Source: Phoronis australis
Taxonomy: Eukaryota > Animalia > Phoronida
Direction: 5' to 3'
Assembly (NCBI GenBank): GCA_002633005.1
Contig: NMRA01000570.1
Span: 184,572-248,571 of the forward strand
Length of the DNA stretch: 64,000 nt
Shown: in pieces, positions 1 through 12,273 of the stretch
How positions within the stretch are numbered: position 1 is the first letter of the stretch
How the letters are laid out: each line of letters opens with the position of its first letter
Program-made: the position numbers and the translations under genes
Notes under the pieces: generated by a model
Database searches by the model: none
The model's input: only the letters and a program-made list of their open reading frames with translations
What the model was told of the DNA's origin: nothing

Positions 1-208
1 CTGCCCAAACAGAAATTCGTTTTCTTTTTTGTTTTATAGTACTAGAATAAGCGACGTACATAAAAGGAATTTCGGAAACGGTTACATTCAGTTTGCACCC
101 TTTCCATCCTGTCTCTGCAGTTCCAACAGTCCAACTTTAATAATTGCCAAATATTCCTGCAGAGCAAAGATAGCAATACTGTGAACCAACTGCAGTGATG
201 AAGCCTTT

Positions 209-1342
209 TTAGAAACATTTTCTGTGCACAATGCTTGGACCACATTCAAAGTACTCTTTTTTAGTAATCCACATTTGTTGAAATGTCGCCAACGACGCCA
301 AGATAGAGCCGCCAATCCAAACTGAGTATTTGCGTTCAGGAGCTGCAATTACTTTAATTTTCATAGTTGTTGGTGCTAGGATGGATACTTCTTTGTGCAG
401 ACGTTCAGCAATATTAGGGAACATTGTAGTTCCACCCGAAAGAACAATATTGTTGTACAAATCTTTACGAATGTCCACGTCGCACTTCATAATGGAAGTG
501 TACGTGGTATCGTTGATACCCGCACATTCAAGGCCAAGGAAAGCAGGTTGGAAGACCGCTTCAGGGCATCGAAAACGTTCATTTCCAATAGTAATGATTT
601 GGCCATCCGGCAACTCGTAAGTTTTCTCAAGAGCATTTGATGCCGCAGCTGTCGCCATTTCCTGATAGAAATCCAAGGCAACATAACACATGCTCTCCTT
701 CATGTCACGAACAATCTCACGTTCAGCAGTTGTCGTGAAACTGTAGCCGCGTTCGGTCAAAATCTTCATCAGATAGTCTGTGAGATCTCGTCCTGCCAGA
801 TCCATTCTCATTATTGCGTGCGGGAGCGCGTAGCCTTCATAGATAGGAACAGTGTGAGAAACACCGTCCCCAGAATCAAACACAATGCCAGTGGTACGAC
901 CAGATGCGTACAACGACAAAACGGCTTGAATGGCGACATAGAATTCTGGAAAGTTGAATGTTTCAAACATGATTTGCGTCATTCTTTCTCGATTGGCTTT
1001 AGGGTTAAGTGGTGCTTCGGTAGAAAGACACCCGTGCTCTTCAGGAGTAATACGCAATTCGTTGTGAAAGACGAAGGCCCACACTCGCTCCATGTCATCC
1101 CAGTTTGTAACGATGCCGTGTTCGACCGGATATTTCAGAGACAGAACACCTCTTTTGGTTTGAGCTTCATCGCCAACGTAGCAATCCTTTTGACCTATGC
1201 CTATCATGACACCCTGGTGCCTTGGGCGGCCGACAATGGAGGGAAACACAGATCGTGGAGCCTCATCTCCGGCAAACCCTGCTTTACACATGCCCGAACC
1301 ATTGTCGACAATTATGGCGTTTGCTTCGTTGTCGGTGAGCAT
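209..1342 (-). CDS. ACT: Actin, intronless, divergent (377 aa)
   Basis: Single ORF with actin signatures [69 protein letters not shown] and C-terminal VHRKCF. Confidence 0.97.
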   Translation of the reverse strand: MLTDNEANAIIVDNGSGMCKAGFAGDEAPRSVFPSIVGRPRHQGVMIGIGQKDCYVGDEAQTKRGVLSLKYPVEHGIVTNWDDMERVWAFVFHNELRITPEEHGCLSTEAPLNPKANRERMTQIMFETFNFPEFYVAIQAVLSLYASGRTTGIVFDSGDGVSHTVPIYEGYALPHAIMRMDLAGRDLTDYLMKILTERGYSFTTTAEREIVRDMKESMCYVALDFYQEMATAAASNALEKTYELPDGQIITIGNERFRCPEAVFQPAFLGLECAGINDTTYTSIMKCDVDIRKDLYNNIVLSGGTTMFPNIAERLHKEVSILAPTTMKIKVIAAPERKYSVWIGGSILASLATFQQMWITKKEYFECGPSIVHRKCF

Positions 1343-1411
1343 TCTGACGGTGTTTTTGTCAATGCGCCCTTTTCCACCCGCGGTCGAACCAGAGTTTTCT
1401 GTTCCCGATGG

Positions 1412-1419
1412 TGACGTCA
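1412..1419. promoter_or_regulatory. CRE palindrome TGACGTCA about 70 bp upstream of the actin ATG
   Basis: Exact TGACGTCA at 1412-1419 with nearby half-sites (GCGTCA, GACGTCA ~1450-1467); function not shown. Confidence 0.35.
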
Positions 1420-2834
1420 GGCGAAGTTACCGTGAGATAACAATCAGAGGCGTCATATCGACGTCATTGCTCTTTACCTTCATCAGTACTAACAAATCCA
1501 TAGTTAATGATTCATTTTTCTCACATAATAAAATTTGGTTGTTTTAAGAATTTGTTAACATTTGTCGGTACTTTTTGCAGAAATATAATAATATTACGTA
1601 ATAGTAGAAATCTGACATCAGACATCAGGGTTAAATGGCATGATATGTATTTACCTAAACATCATTCAAGAAAGAATGGACTCACCGGAGACAGCCCAAG
1701 AGTTATTATCTCTGCGGCGAAGGAAGTCATTGAAGTGGGTTTAATTGTTCGTACAAAATAATCTATGCATTCGGAAGAGCGGTAAAATTAAATTCATGTG
1801 AACGTACTCTGACGCACATCGAGCTTACTACTGACATCCATTGGACATCGATGACTTGAATGAAATGTCCAAATGCTAGACAAGTTACCACTGTGACAGC
1901 TCTATGAAATGACAAATTTGGCCATTCGATCTCAGACATCGTAAAACATGGGAAAATTATTTAATTCCTAGCTCGGCGTTGGAATCCATTTCGTGATTTT
2001 TTGCTTGGTTTTGGTTATTGATTCGATATGTGGAAGAGTTTTGTTTTTCAACTGACACAGATGATAGCGGAAAATTGCTTTATATCTTTATGCCATTTTT
2101 ATTAATTTCTGTTGTCATGGTTACATGTCGACGAATTTATTGACAATCTTTCTTAAGTGTGCTCCAAACGCCTCTATTTCGGTTCGTGTGTATAATCTTG
2201 TCGTTCATTCTATTAAAATATGTAGAAAATCAACTGGGCCAAAGCTTGCAGGCAAATGTACATAATAGTATTGAACTGCTGCCAATTACAGCATTGTCAA
2301 AGTTAGAAATTTTTGTTGGAACAAAATATCAGGAAGCAAGTCCTAACGATCTGTTTGGCATCTATAAAGTGTGATTTTCCGAGTAAAACACTGAAACATC
2401 GCTGGTAGGCCTACGGGAAAACCAGGGAACAGTTTTCTCAACGGTCGTACGTCCACGTCCTCGGTAAGTACGTCGTATCTCAGATTTCAACTTGGACAAA
2501 CTTCAAGTGCCGGGCTTATGAAGTTGATTAATAAGCGTGAACGCATTCTACGATCAAGTTTGCATCAGTTGCAACGCTACGTTTAAAAAAAACACCGTTG
2601 CGATCCACGTAGGCCTACTCACGATCATCTTAGCTACGACCTAGCTTACGACCTTTTCAAGATTTGATAAAACGGATTCAGGGGAAGAGTAATGATGCAA
2701 ACGAGACATGCTTCAATTATATCCCGGTCGGTGATTTACATTCTTAGTAAACAAAACCAAGAATAATGGCTTTGTACTTTGAGGAACTGAACACGACGAC
2801 AAAATTCTCACTAAGTAGGTCTGCCGTGCGTGAA

Positions 2835-2947
2835 CATCATCATCATCATCGTCGTCGTCGTCGTCGTCATCATCATCATCATCATCGTGGTTTTCGTCGT
2901 CGTCTTCGTCGTCGTCATCATCATCGTCTTTATCATCATCATTATTA
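2835..2947. repeat. (CAT/CGT)n trinucleotide microsatellite
   Basis: Runs of catcatcat/cgtcgtcgt seen directly. Confidence 0.95.
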
Positions 2948-3236
2948 CGTTATCACTGGCAAAAAAAGACAAAACTAAAAGTATGTACCGGTATTCAAGT
3001 AATAGTTAATGAAAACATGTTTGAAATTGAAAATACGCATTACAAAAATAATAATGTGGAGTAATTAAAAACACGCTATTTGTAATAAGTGTAACTGGAA
3101 GTTCCGACGTGTCAGTAAGTGCATGCTAGCGGCTTCTTTGAATAATTTGGTGGTTGTTTTCTCCCTGAACGAATGAGATTTTGCAGTTGATTCCAAATGC
3201 CTGGCTGTAGATTTAATCCATGGTTTACGACGACCT

Positions 3237-3593
3237 CAGGGGCGGATTTAGGGGAGGGGCCAAGGGGCCATGCCCCCCCCTAAAATTCTATCAGATATCA
3301 ATTGGGAGTTCGGGTGCGAGTGCTGATTAGCAGATGCGCGCAACCAGGGGAGCTCGGGGGTGAATAAATGATACATGGGCCCCTAATGAACAACCCCGTT
3401 ACCGCTTTTTTTAGTCAACAGGTCCACGTACCCAAAAATTCGACCGTTTATTTTTTAGTCAACAGGTCCACGTACCCAAAAATTCGAGACCCTTGCATCC
3501 TCACATTTTAAGCTGGGCGTACGCATCTGCTGAAATTCTTGTTAATCCTGTGCCCTGCCTCCCCCCCAACTCAAAATCCTGGATCCGCCCCTG
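3237..3593 (+). mobile_element. MITE, family 1 copy a (TIR CAGGGGCGGAT...ATCCGCCCCTG, 5-bp TSD GACCT)
   Basis: TIRs at both ends; GACCT at 3232-3236 and 3594-3598; internal ~37-bp direct repeat; homologous to 24639-24802 and 62724-62881. Confidence 0.88.
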
Positions 3594-4934
3594 GACCTTG
3601 CGGTTGCAAAAAACAATAAGTGCGCAGTTGAACACAAACAATCTGGGGCCTACGTCATACACAAATATGAGCCAGACGAGTTGTGAATGTATAGGCCAAA
3701 CCGCAGTCTCACTGTGCGAATAAAATATATGCTGTTTCAAGACCTATGTGCCCGTGTCGTGGGACGGCAGAAAACGTAAGGCTCGCCCGGCGCCTTGTTT
3801 TTTCATCATGGACGCAGAGTAACCGCCGGCTTCATTAGGCACTCTTCCAGGAACTCCCGGTACATGATGGCTGACTGAAGCAAACGCTCGCGTGCGGTCG
3901 TCACACGGTCAAAAACTTCGGAGTTGTCGCTCAGTCGGCATTGACTAATGTTGGAATACGGACCGACCTGCTTGGTATCAAATACTGATAAGATGTAGGT
4001 GTAAGAGGTCAGTCGGAAAAACTGCAACGCAAACAGTCGTGACGACGGACGGTTGGGTTCTGACATTTATCTCCTTCAGTCTGCAGGCCTGCGACTTTCA
4101 CCAAACTTGAAAGCGTGAGTCTGAGGAGTAGAACATCTGTCTTAGACAGTGACCACCGTCACTGTGGATGGACCCACTGCGGGCAGCGACTGTGGTCACT
4201 GTCTAGCTTAGTCTGTTATTATCTGTGTTCTGTCTGCTCAGTGTGGCCTGGTCATGGCAGTAGATCAGTGAATAGTTGTTCTTGTTGACGTCTTCTACCG
4301 TGAGCCGTTGTATTGCCCATCAGTCGTCATAGTCACAGATGGCCCTGGTCGCCAAAATCAGGAATTTTATGTAGTGGCAAGGTTGTAGATCACAAGCTGT
4401 CAAACGTTCAATTTGCAACCGTTTACCATAGGGGGCATACTTTCATTATTCCTAAATTAACGTTCATGAAATAATCACTATGATGATTAAAATTACTATT
4501 TTTACTTCTTATTCACTTTGTCAGTAGAAACTCGGACATTTGGCGACACCCGGTAGACCTACGTGGTCAGCCAGGCTGTGCGATAAGAGGCCTGTTTATC
4601 AGGGAATCTGACTAAGTTGTGGAGTAGGCAATTAGGCTACTGCATTACTAGCATGGGTTCACCTCAAAATACAGGCTACTTAAGATATCTCGTGGACTGA
4701 AACTGTTATACAACTTCTGAAACTTTGATTGAGTTCCTCGGTAATTAGTTATGTCATTATCATTTTTATCCGAAGCCAATAGGCAAAGTGTTGCTTTTTG
4801 GATCTCTGGTATTGGAATGTTGTTAGCCAACACTGCGTGACTGTGACCTGCAAATGAGCATGTAAATGCTACATGTATGTAGGACCCTAGAAAAATGTCC
4901 CAATTTCAGCCAATTTGGGGAACTTTTTATCAAA

Positions 4935-5245
4935 AATGGCTGATGGTATTCAAACGAAACTTTCAGATTATATGCTTTATATACTGTTCTCCAAAAAAAT
5001 CTTAGAAATTGTTTTTAAAATGTTCCATTTTTGCATCAGGGGCTATCAAAAAGTAATATTGAAAGATTTTCATGAAAAAATTTCGAAGTTGCAGAAAATG
5101 AAAATGAAGCAATAATTTTAAAGACTTTAACAGTGTTTCAGAGATTTTGTCTTGAACATTTATTGATCCTGTTGTTTTGTTGGTATGAATGTACCGTTAT
5201 TTTTTGCTAAATTTTCCTAAAAAGGCAAAATCACCTGACCTAATT
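4935..5245 (+). repeat. Dispersed repeat (also ~6845-7155, ~10385-10630, inverted at ~38778-39085)
   Basis: Shared blocks aaactttcaga..atgctttatatactgttc, ggctatcaaaaa, attgatcctg..tgaatgtacc, tgacctaatt found in both orientations. Confidence 0.7.
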
Positions 5246-5724
5246 CGTGGCAGATTGGTATAAAGTCAAAAATAAAATTCTATAATACTTTCAGAAAATA
5301 TATAAATTTGCTGAGTTAAATTCTCTAGTTTTGCCTGACTTCAGTGTCTATAAGGTCCTACCTAACCTAATAAGATCAATATCTTGGGGACTAGCCGCGA
5401 TTTAGAGACTTCTGTTGTCTGGAGTTGAAATCAAACGGGAATTTTTTGTAATGTGATTTATATATTATAATCACTGTCATTATTATTATTGTAATTACAA
5501 CTAATTAGTAAACAGTAATGTTGTAACGATGGTGACTATACAATCAGAGATCAAAATGATACATATAAATAGAAAAGCTTAATAACATAAACAAATTTAT
5601 TATTATTATTATTACTATTGCTATTACTATTGGTATTTTTTATTACATTCGGTATTATTTGCATTCACTTTACAGAAATATGTGTATTTATTGTGCAGGA
5701 ATACAGATTGTCACTTCATCAGAC

Positions 5725-5824
5725 ATGTCTCAGAAAAAAGTGTTTGTTGTTGGCGTCGGCATGACCAAGATAGAGAAACCAGGGACGCGTAAATGGGATT
5801 ATCCAGAGATTGGACACGAAGCAG
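5725..5824 (+). other. Duplicate copy of thiolase coding exon 1 ([15 protein letters not shown]...)
   Basis: Identical to 7625-7724 and lies in the first copy of the N-joined duplication; likely allelic. Confidence 0.75.
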
Positions 5825-7624
5825 GTATGAATATTTTGCAGCTCCGAGTGGTTGTTGTGCTGTTTACTGGCAACCTTTGCAGATAGGCTNTTACGGTATC
5901 AAATACGGATAAGATGTAGGTGTAAGAGGTCAGTCGGAAAAACTGCAACGCAAACAGTCGTGACGACGGACGGTTGGGTTCTGACATTTATCTCCTTCAA
6001 TCTGCAGGCCTGCGACTTTCACCAAACTTGAAAGCGTGAGTCTGAGGAGTAGAACATCTGTCTTAGACAGTGACCACCGTCACTGTCACAGTGACGGTGG
6101 TCACTGTCTAGCTTAGTCTGTTATGATCTGTGTTCTGTCTGCTCAGTGTGGCCTGGTCATGGCAGTAGATCAGTGAATAGTTGTTCTTGTTGACGTCTTC
6201 TACCGTGAGCCGTTGTATTGCCCATCAGTCGTCATAGTCACAGATGGCCCTGGTCGAATCAGGAATTTTATGCAGTGGCAAGGTTGTAGATCACAAGCTG
6301 TCAAACGTTCAATTTGCAACCGTTTACCATAGGGGACATACTTTCATTATTCCTAAATTAACGTTCATGAAATAATCACTATGATGATTAAAATTACTAT
6401 TTTTACTTCTTATTCACTTTGTCAGTAGAAACTCGGACATTTGGCGACACCCGGTAGACCTACTTGGTCAGCCAGGCTGTGCGATAAGAGGCCTGTTTAT
6501 CAGGGAATCTGACTAAGTTGTGGAGTAGGCAATTAGGCTACTGCATTACTAGCATGGGTTCACCTCAAAATACTGGCTACTTAAGATATGTCGTGGACTG
6601 AAACTGTTAATTAATACAACTTCTGAAACTTTGATTGAGTTCCTCGGTAATTAGTTATGTCATTATCATTTTTATCCGAAGCCAATAGGCAAAGTGTTGC
6701 TTTTTGGATCTCTGGTATTGGAATGTTGTTAGTAAGACTGCGTGACTGTGACCTGCAAATGAGCATGTGAATGCTACAAGTATGTAGGACCCTAGAAAAA
6801 TGTCCAATTTCAGCCAATTTGGGAACTTTTTATCTCAAAAATGGCTGATGGGATTCAAACGAAACTTTCAGATTATATGCTTTATATACTGTTCTCCAAA
6901 AAAATCTTAGAAATTGTTTTTAAAATGTTCCATTTTTGCATCAGGGGCTATCAAAAAGTAATATTGAAAAGATTTTTATGAAAAAATTTCGAAGTTGCAA
7001 AAAACGAAAATGAAGCAATAATTTTAAAGACTGTAACAGCGTTTCTGAGATTTTGTCTTGAACATTTATTGATCCTGTTGTTTTGTTGCTATGAATGAAT
7101 GTACCGTTATTTTTTGCTAAATTTTCCTAAAAAGGCAAAATCACCTGACCTAATTCGTGGCAGATTGGTATAAAGTCAAAAATCAAATTCTATAATACTT
7201 TCAGAAAATATATAAATTTGCTGAGTTAAATTCTCTAGTTTTGCCTGACTTCAGTGTCTATAAGGTTCTACCTAACCTAATAAGATCAATATCTTGGGGA
7301 CTAGCCGCGATTTAGAGACTTCTGTTGTCTGGAGTTGAAATCAAACAGGAATTTTTTGTAATGTGAGTTAGATATTATAACGATCACTGTCATTATTATT
7401 ATTGTAATTACAACTAATTTGTAAACAGTAATGTTGTAACGATGGTGACTATACAATCAGAGATCAAAATGATACATATAAATAGAAAAGCTTAATAACA
7501 TAAACAAATTTACTATTATTATTATTACTATTGCTATTACTATTACTATTGGTATTATTTGCATTCACTTTACAGAAATATGTGTATTTATTGTGCAGGA
7601 ATACAGATTGTCACTTCATCAGAC

Positions 7625-10600
7625 ATGTCTCAGAAAAAAGTGTTTGTTGTTGGCGTCGGCATGACCAAGATAGAGAAACCAGGGACGCGTAAATGGGATT
7701 ATCCAGAGATTGGACACGAAGCAGGTATGAATATTTTGCAGCTCCGAGTGGTTGTTGTGCTGTTTACTGGCAACCTTTGCAGATAGGCTGAATCTTATCA
7801 GTATTGCACTTTGGCTAACAAAATTGGTGCCTTTGTTCATGAAAGTGATGCACCAACATTCCTGTATGGTTACCATCTCGACAAAGATGGTGAGGAAAGC
7901 TTCTCATGGGGGTTTGTTGGCAATGTTATATTTTTGATATCAGCTCCATGACAGATTTGAACCCACAGCCTCAGAAGTCTCAGTCCAACTCTGTGCTAGT
8001 AGAACTAAAAGCAAATGAGACTAGTAGCTGGTTATTTCACGCCAGTTTAATTGATAAGGTCACTGATGTTGATCGATTTTAATGGTGTAAAATGGTGAAT
8101 TACATTGAATAAAAACAACAGAATTTGCTGTTTTATTGCTCGATTCACTCACAGCTGATAACTTCTAGAAATCTTTCCCGTTTTACAACAAAATACATGT
8201 CTTGGTCCTAAAGCCGACTAAGTCCTTTAATTATCGCAAGCTACCTTTCTTTCTAGCACTCGCTGCATTACAAGATGCTGGTGTTCCATACGACACAGTT
8301 GAATCCGTTGTAGCCAGTTATTGCTATGGTGAACCTACTTGTGGACAGACTGTGGCCTATCAGTTGGGACTGACGGGTGTTCCCGTGTTCAACGTAAACA
8401 ACAACTGCTCATCAGGTTCCAGTGCTTTGATGCTGGCGCGAAAGCTTATCATAAGTGGACATGACTGTGTGTTGGCAGTGGGTATGTATGGACTCATAAA
8501 AGTTTGAATTGATAACATTTAAAACACCTATCAACAAGCCGTCCATTATTGAGGAACAAGTTTTGATTTAGACCACTTGCTATTATGAAATAGGTTTCAT
8601 ATTGTAAAACTGGGGGTGACTACCGGGCTTCAAAAGAACGGTCAGTCTGTTAATTCTTCCAACCAAGCTCATAAATTTGAGGTCATACCCAGCGTTCGAA
8701 AGACATGGTTGCCCGGGGCCAGTGGATTTGTGGCCGGGCCAGTAAACTTTCACAAAAAGGTCCCATGTGGATGTGGTCTCATATTCAATTAAGTAACTGG
8801 CCTGGCAGGCCAGCCCATTTATTTGCTGAAGCTCGAACGCTGGTCATGTCACAACCTGAAATCATTCGGTTACCAACTAGTGGGCAAAAACGCCACACTC
8901 TATGAAGAGAAAGCACATACTAGATTCATGCACAAAAGCAATTATTGTGCGGTATTGGGCTTGTATTGGGGAATAAATAATAGTTTTGTGGTTGTCCCCA
9001 CCTCAATATAATGCCTTGAAGAAATTTCTCTGAGTTGCTCAATCACAAGCAACTTTCACAACACTAGCACAACAAGTTTTTCTAAACCATCTACGTTGAG
9101 CTTTTTCATACTAAATAAGTGCAAATCACTACATTTCAAGAGAAAAAATTACAAGAATGGTCTGGTAATTGCCAAAATTATTTTTATACTATTTAAAGGC
9201 TGATTTTAATCAACTTAAAAGTTACGCAACAATAGATTAAAATTTTCTAATTATATTTATTGAGGAATTTGACAAAATGTTACTTCCAACTCTCCATAGT
9301 GTGTGAAGTAATGAAGAAATGCTGTGTGTAAATTTAACTTTATGTAAATTAAATTCCTGCGCTTTCCTATATTTCAGGATTTGAAAAAATGGAGCGAGGA
9401 CTGTCCGAAAGATATCCAGACAAAGTTTCACCAGTGAAGAAACACTTTGACCATTTGGAAGCTCTTGGTGCCGAGCCAGGTCTTGTGCGAGACAATCTTA
9501 ATTCAATGACTTCCGAAGTTATCAAGCTATTTGCCTACGCTGCTCGTGAGTACATGGCTAAACACCCCAACACCAAATTCGAGGATTTTGTTAAAATTGC
9601 CTACAAGAACCACAAACATGGCTCGAACAATCCACGCGCCTGCTTCCAGAAGACCGTTCCCATGACGTCAATTGCCGAAAAGGGCATGCTGTGCTACCCA
9701 ATCACATTCCTTATGTCCACGCCGACGGCTGATGGTGGAGCTGCAGCTGTGGTCTGCAGCGAAGACTTTGTGAATCAACACGGATTGCACGACCATGCAG
9801 TGGAGATCGTTGGTCAGAATATGGTCACTGATATGACATCGTCATTTGAATCCAGCGTCATGCCCCTTGCTGGATACGACATGGCTAAAAAAGCTGCGAC
9901 TATGTGTTATGAGGAGTCTGGCCTTACTCCACAGAGTGTTGATGTAGCGGAAGTTCACGACTGTTTCTCCTGTAATGAACTGTTCATGTATGAAGCCCTA
10001 GGATTTGCCGAGGAAGGTGAAGCCTCGCTGTTGTTAAATGACGGGAGGTGGGTGAAGAACAAAAACGGTAGCGAGTTGTATCAGTTGGGAGGACGATGGG
10101 TGGTGAATCCATCCGGGGGTCTGGAATCCAAGGGTCACCCCATAGGGGCCACAGGTAAGACGTGATGTGACTAGGCAGTTTGTTTTGAAAATATTAATGA
10201 AGTCATTCAATGATGAATTGTGCAAAATAACTCTGATAACAAGTCTTGAGCACGCGATTTTCATCTTTATAAAAGCCTCGCATGAATTTTACCTCATGGC
10301 TTTTTTGGTTTCTACGTTCATGTCACATTTCACATGAATTCTATTAAGGAGAGTAACCATAAAAAACCTCCACAACATCAGATCTCAGAAATGGTTGAAT
10401 GGATTTAAATTAAACTTGCAGATACTATGCTTTTGTATGAATTGTTCTCCAAAATGGTAGTAGGAATTGTTCTAATTTTGCATGAAGGGCTATCAAAAAA
10501 TAGAACGTTTATTAAGATTTCTATGAAAATACTTCTAAGGTGTATAAAACAAAACGATAATTTAGAAAACTGCCTGTGGGCCTACTTACTTATACTATTT

Positions 10601-11169
10601 TGCTGCGAGTGTACTTTACACTTTTCCTAAATTTACATATACATAGAAATATACATAGAAATGAGTCTCTTTTGCCTTCGTCTTGATAGTACATAAAATA
10701 TTACACGATCTTCGGCTAATTCAGACAAAACTCTGCAGTAGAAGAGTAGTTTCAGTTCATGCACTCGAACCTAGTCACAGGTGGCCTTCCTTTAATCTCG
10801 GGCCAGATGGGTACAACGGCAATAAGTATTACTGTGTATCTGCTAAGACATGTCCGTTCTTTAACTTCAGGTTTTACTGTGTATCTGCTAAGACGTGTCC
10901 GTTCTTTAACTTCAGGTTTTACTGTGTATCTGCTAAGACATGTCCGTTCTTTAACTTCAGGTTTTACTGTGTATCTGCTAAGACATGTCCGTTCTTTAAC
11001 TTCAGGTTTAGGCCAATGTGCTGAATTAGTGTGGCAACTGCGAGGTGAGGCGGACAAACGACAGGTGGACGGAGCCCAGGTGGGCATCCAGCATAACTTT
11101 GGTATCGGAGGAGCATGCGTAGTGACCTTATACAGGAAGTGGAAACCAGACAGGCAGTCAAAATTGTAA
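7625..11169 (+). CDS. SCP2: SCP2-type peroxisomal thiolase (SCPx/DAF-22-like, no SCP2 domain), ~421 aa, PTS1 -SKL
   Basis: Exons 7625-7724, 8257-8481, 9378-10154, 11006-11169 (GT/AG, all phase 1, 1266 nt in frame). Motifs [17 protein letters not shown] (nucleophile Cys), [35 protein letters not shown]; ends RQSKL*. Confidence 0.92.
10829..11009 (+). repeat. 4 x 45-bp minisatellite containing the last 3' splice site of the thiolase
   Basis: Unit ttactgtgtatctgctaagacatgtccgttctttaacttcaggtt; CAG ends at 10870, 10915, 10960, 11005. Confidence 0.95.
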
Positions 11170-11872
11170 TGTACAAATTTACGAGAGGCATTCTATTCTT
11201 ACTTACTTCATTACGAGCACTATACAAAGCTCCAGTTTCTTTACACAAGCACTATTCTAAACTAAATCACTTGTTTGTTAAGTGTGTTGCATTATTGTTG
11301 AAGAAGTCCTGAGGAAATCGAGGTTCAGTCAACATTGTAAAGTTATGTTCAAGTCCTTGTTACATTGTATGAGAAATGTTCAAGTGGTGTTCCGTAACAC
11401 CAGCAGTGTACTATGTTAGGCTGTACCCAAGAAAACAGCATCAATTAATGTATTCATGTTGAAGTTCCTCACTCAAAGAATAGTTTTACAGAGACGTCAA
11501 TGATTTTCATTAGTGTGAGGTTTGCATTTCATTTCAGTTGTAACTGTATGTGATTGTTTGAGTATTTCTCCTCACCAGTGGAATGTCCTCAACTAAATCT
11601 AATCACAAGTTAATATAAATCACTATTATTCCTCATATTTGACAATATCATAAACACGAACCGGACAGGCTCAATATAGGTACATAATTTAGTTGAATAA
11701 ATGCTACATTAATATATTTGTACAAAATGTCAATGTAAGGAAAATAAATTAAGTCTTCTTCATTGTACACGATCACACGATCAAGACTTCTTCTTCCCAG
11801 CAGACAAAGTGAAAGTCCTGAAAAGAAATGTAAATCACATTATCAAAAAACAAACGAGTTGATCTCTTTATA

Positions 11873-12273
11873 AAAGGAACAGCGACCAGGATTGATTACA
11901 ACCTACTAACACCTTCAAAAGCCCCTGTAATTAACGAGACATTATTGACGATAAATGCAGTTTACTAAAATTAGCCCCGACGCGAAATGGAAGTCGCAAG
12001 TCCTACTGTTGGTCCAATGCTTAGCTGACTGAGCTAAATCCTACAAAAAATGGCAGAATATGTCAAGGATATTTATCTGGCAAAGTCACCGACCTTGACT
12101 ACAGCGAATGTCCGACACACAACGGCCAGAATTGGCAATTTGTAATAAAACTGTCAAAACAACAGATTCAGTTTATAGCCATGGTAAAAGCTAACAACTT
12201 CAAGAAGTTAATCCCATCCAACAGTAATTTCAAAAACAAGTTTTTTGGACATAAAGCTGATTATGTCCTGTTA
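11873..12273. mobile_element. Degenerate repeat with minus-strand tRNA-like segment; related to ~42690-43041
   Basis: Shared gaatt(t)ggcaatttgtaataaaac, atccc(a/c)tccaaca and similar 3' end (atgtcc..ttaa); tRNA-like A-box TAGCTCAG on - strand near 12037. Confidence 0.5.

Larger units (their letters stand above)
3974..7789. repeat. ~1.9-kb tandem duplication (3974-5889 / 5895-7789) joined at N5890; probably uncollapsed haplotypes
   Basis: Near-identical copies with SNPs and small indels, each containing the first coding exon of the thiolase; the junction is a single N. Confidence 0.85.

Noticed and set aside
818-1414. 198-aa plus-strand ORF
   Set aside because: Antisense shadow of actin with no independent features.
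2766-2978. His/Arg-rich 70-aa ORF
   Set aside because: Translation of the (CAT/CGT)n microsatellite.
3806-4066. 86-aa minus-strand ORF in GC-richer sequence
   Set aside because: No recognisable domain or splice partners; may be promoter or repeat sequence.
10829-11009. 45-bp repeat as a CRISPR array, or ORFs 10683-11024 / 10752-11087 as repeat proteins
   Set aside because: Units are contiguous with no spacers, the context is a eukaryotic intron, and the extra ORFs are by-products of a stop-poor unit.
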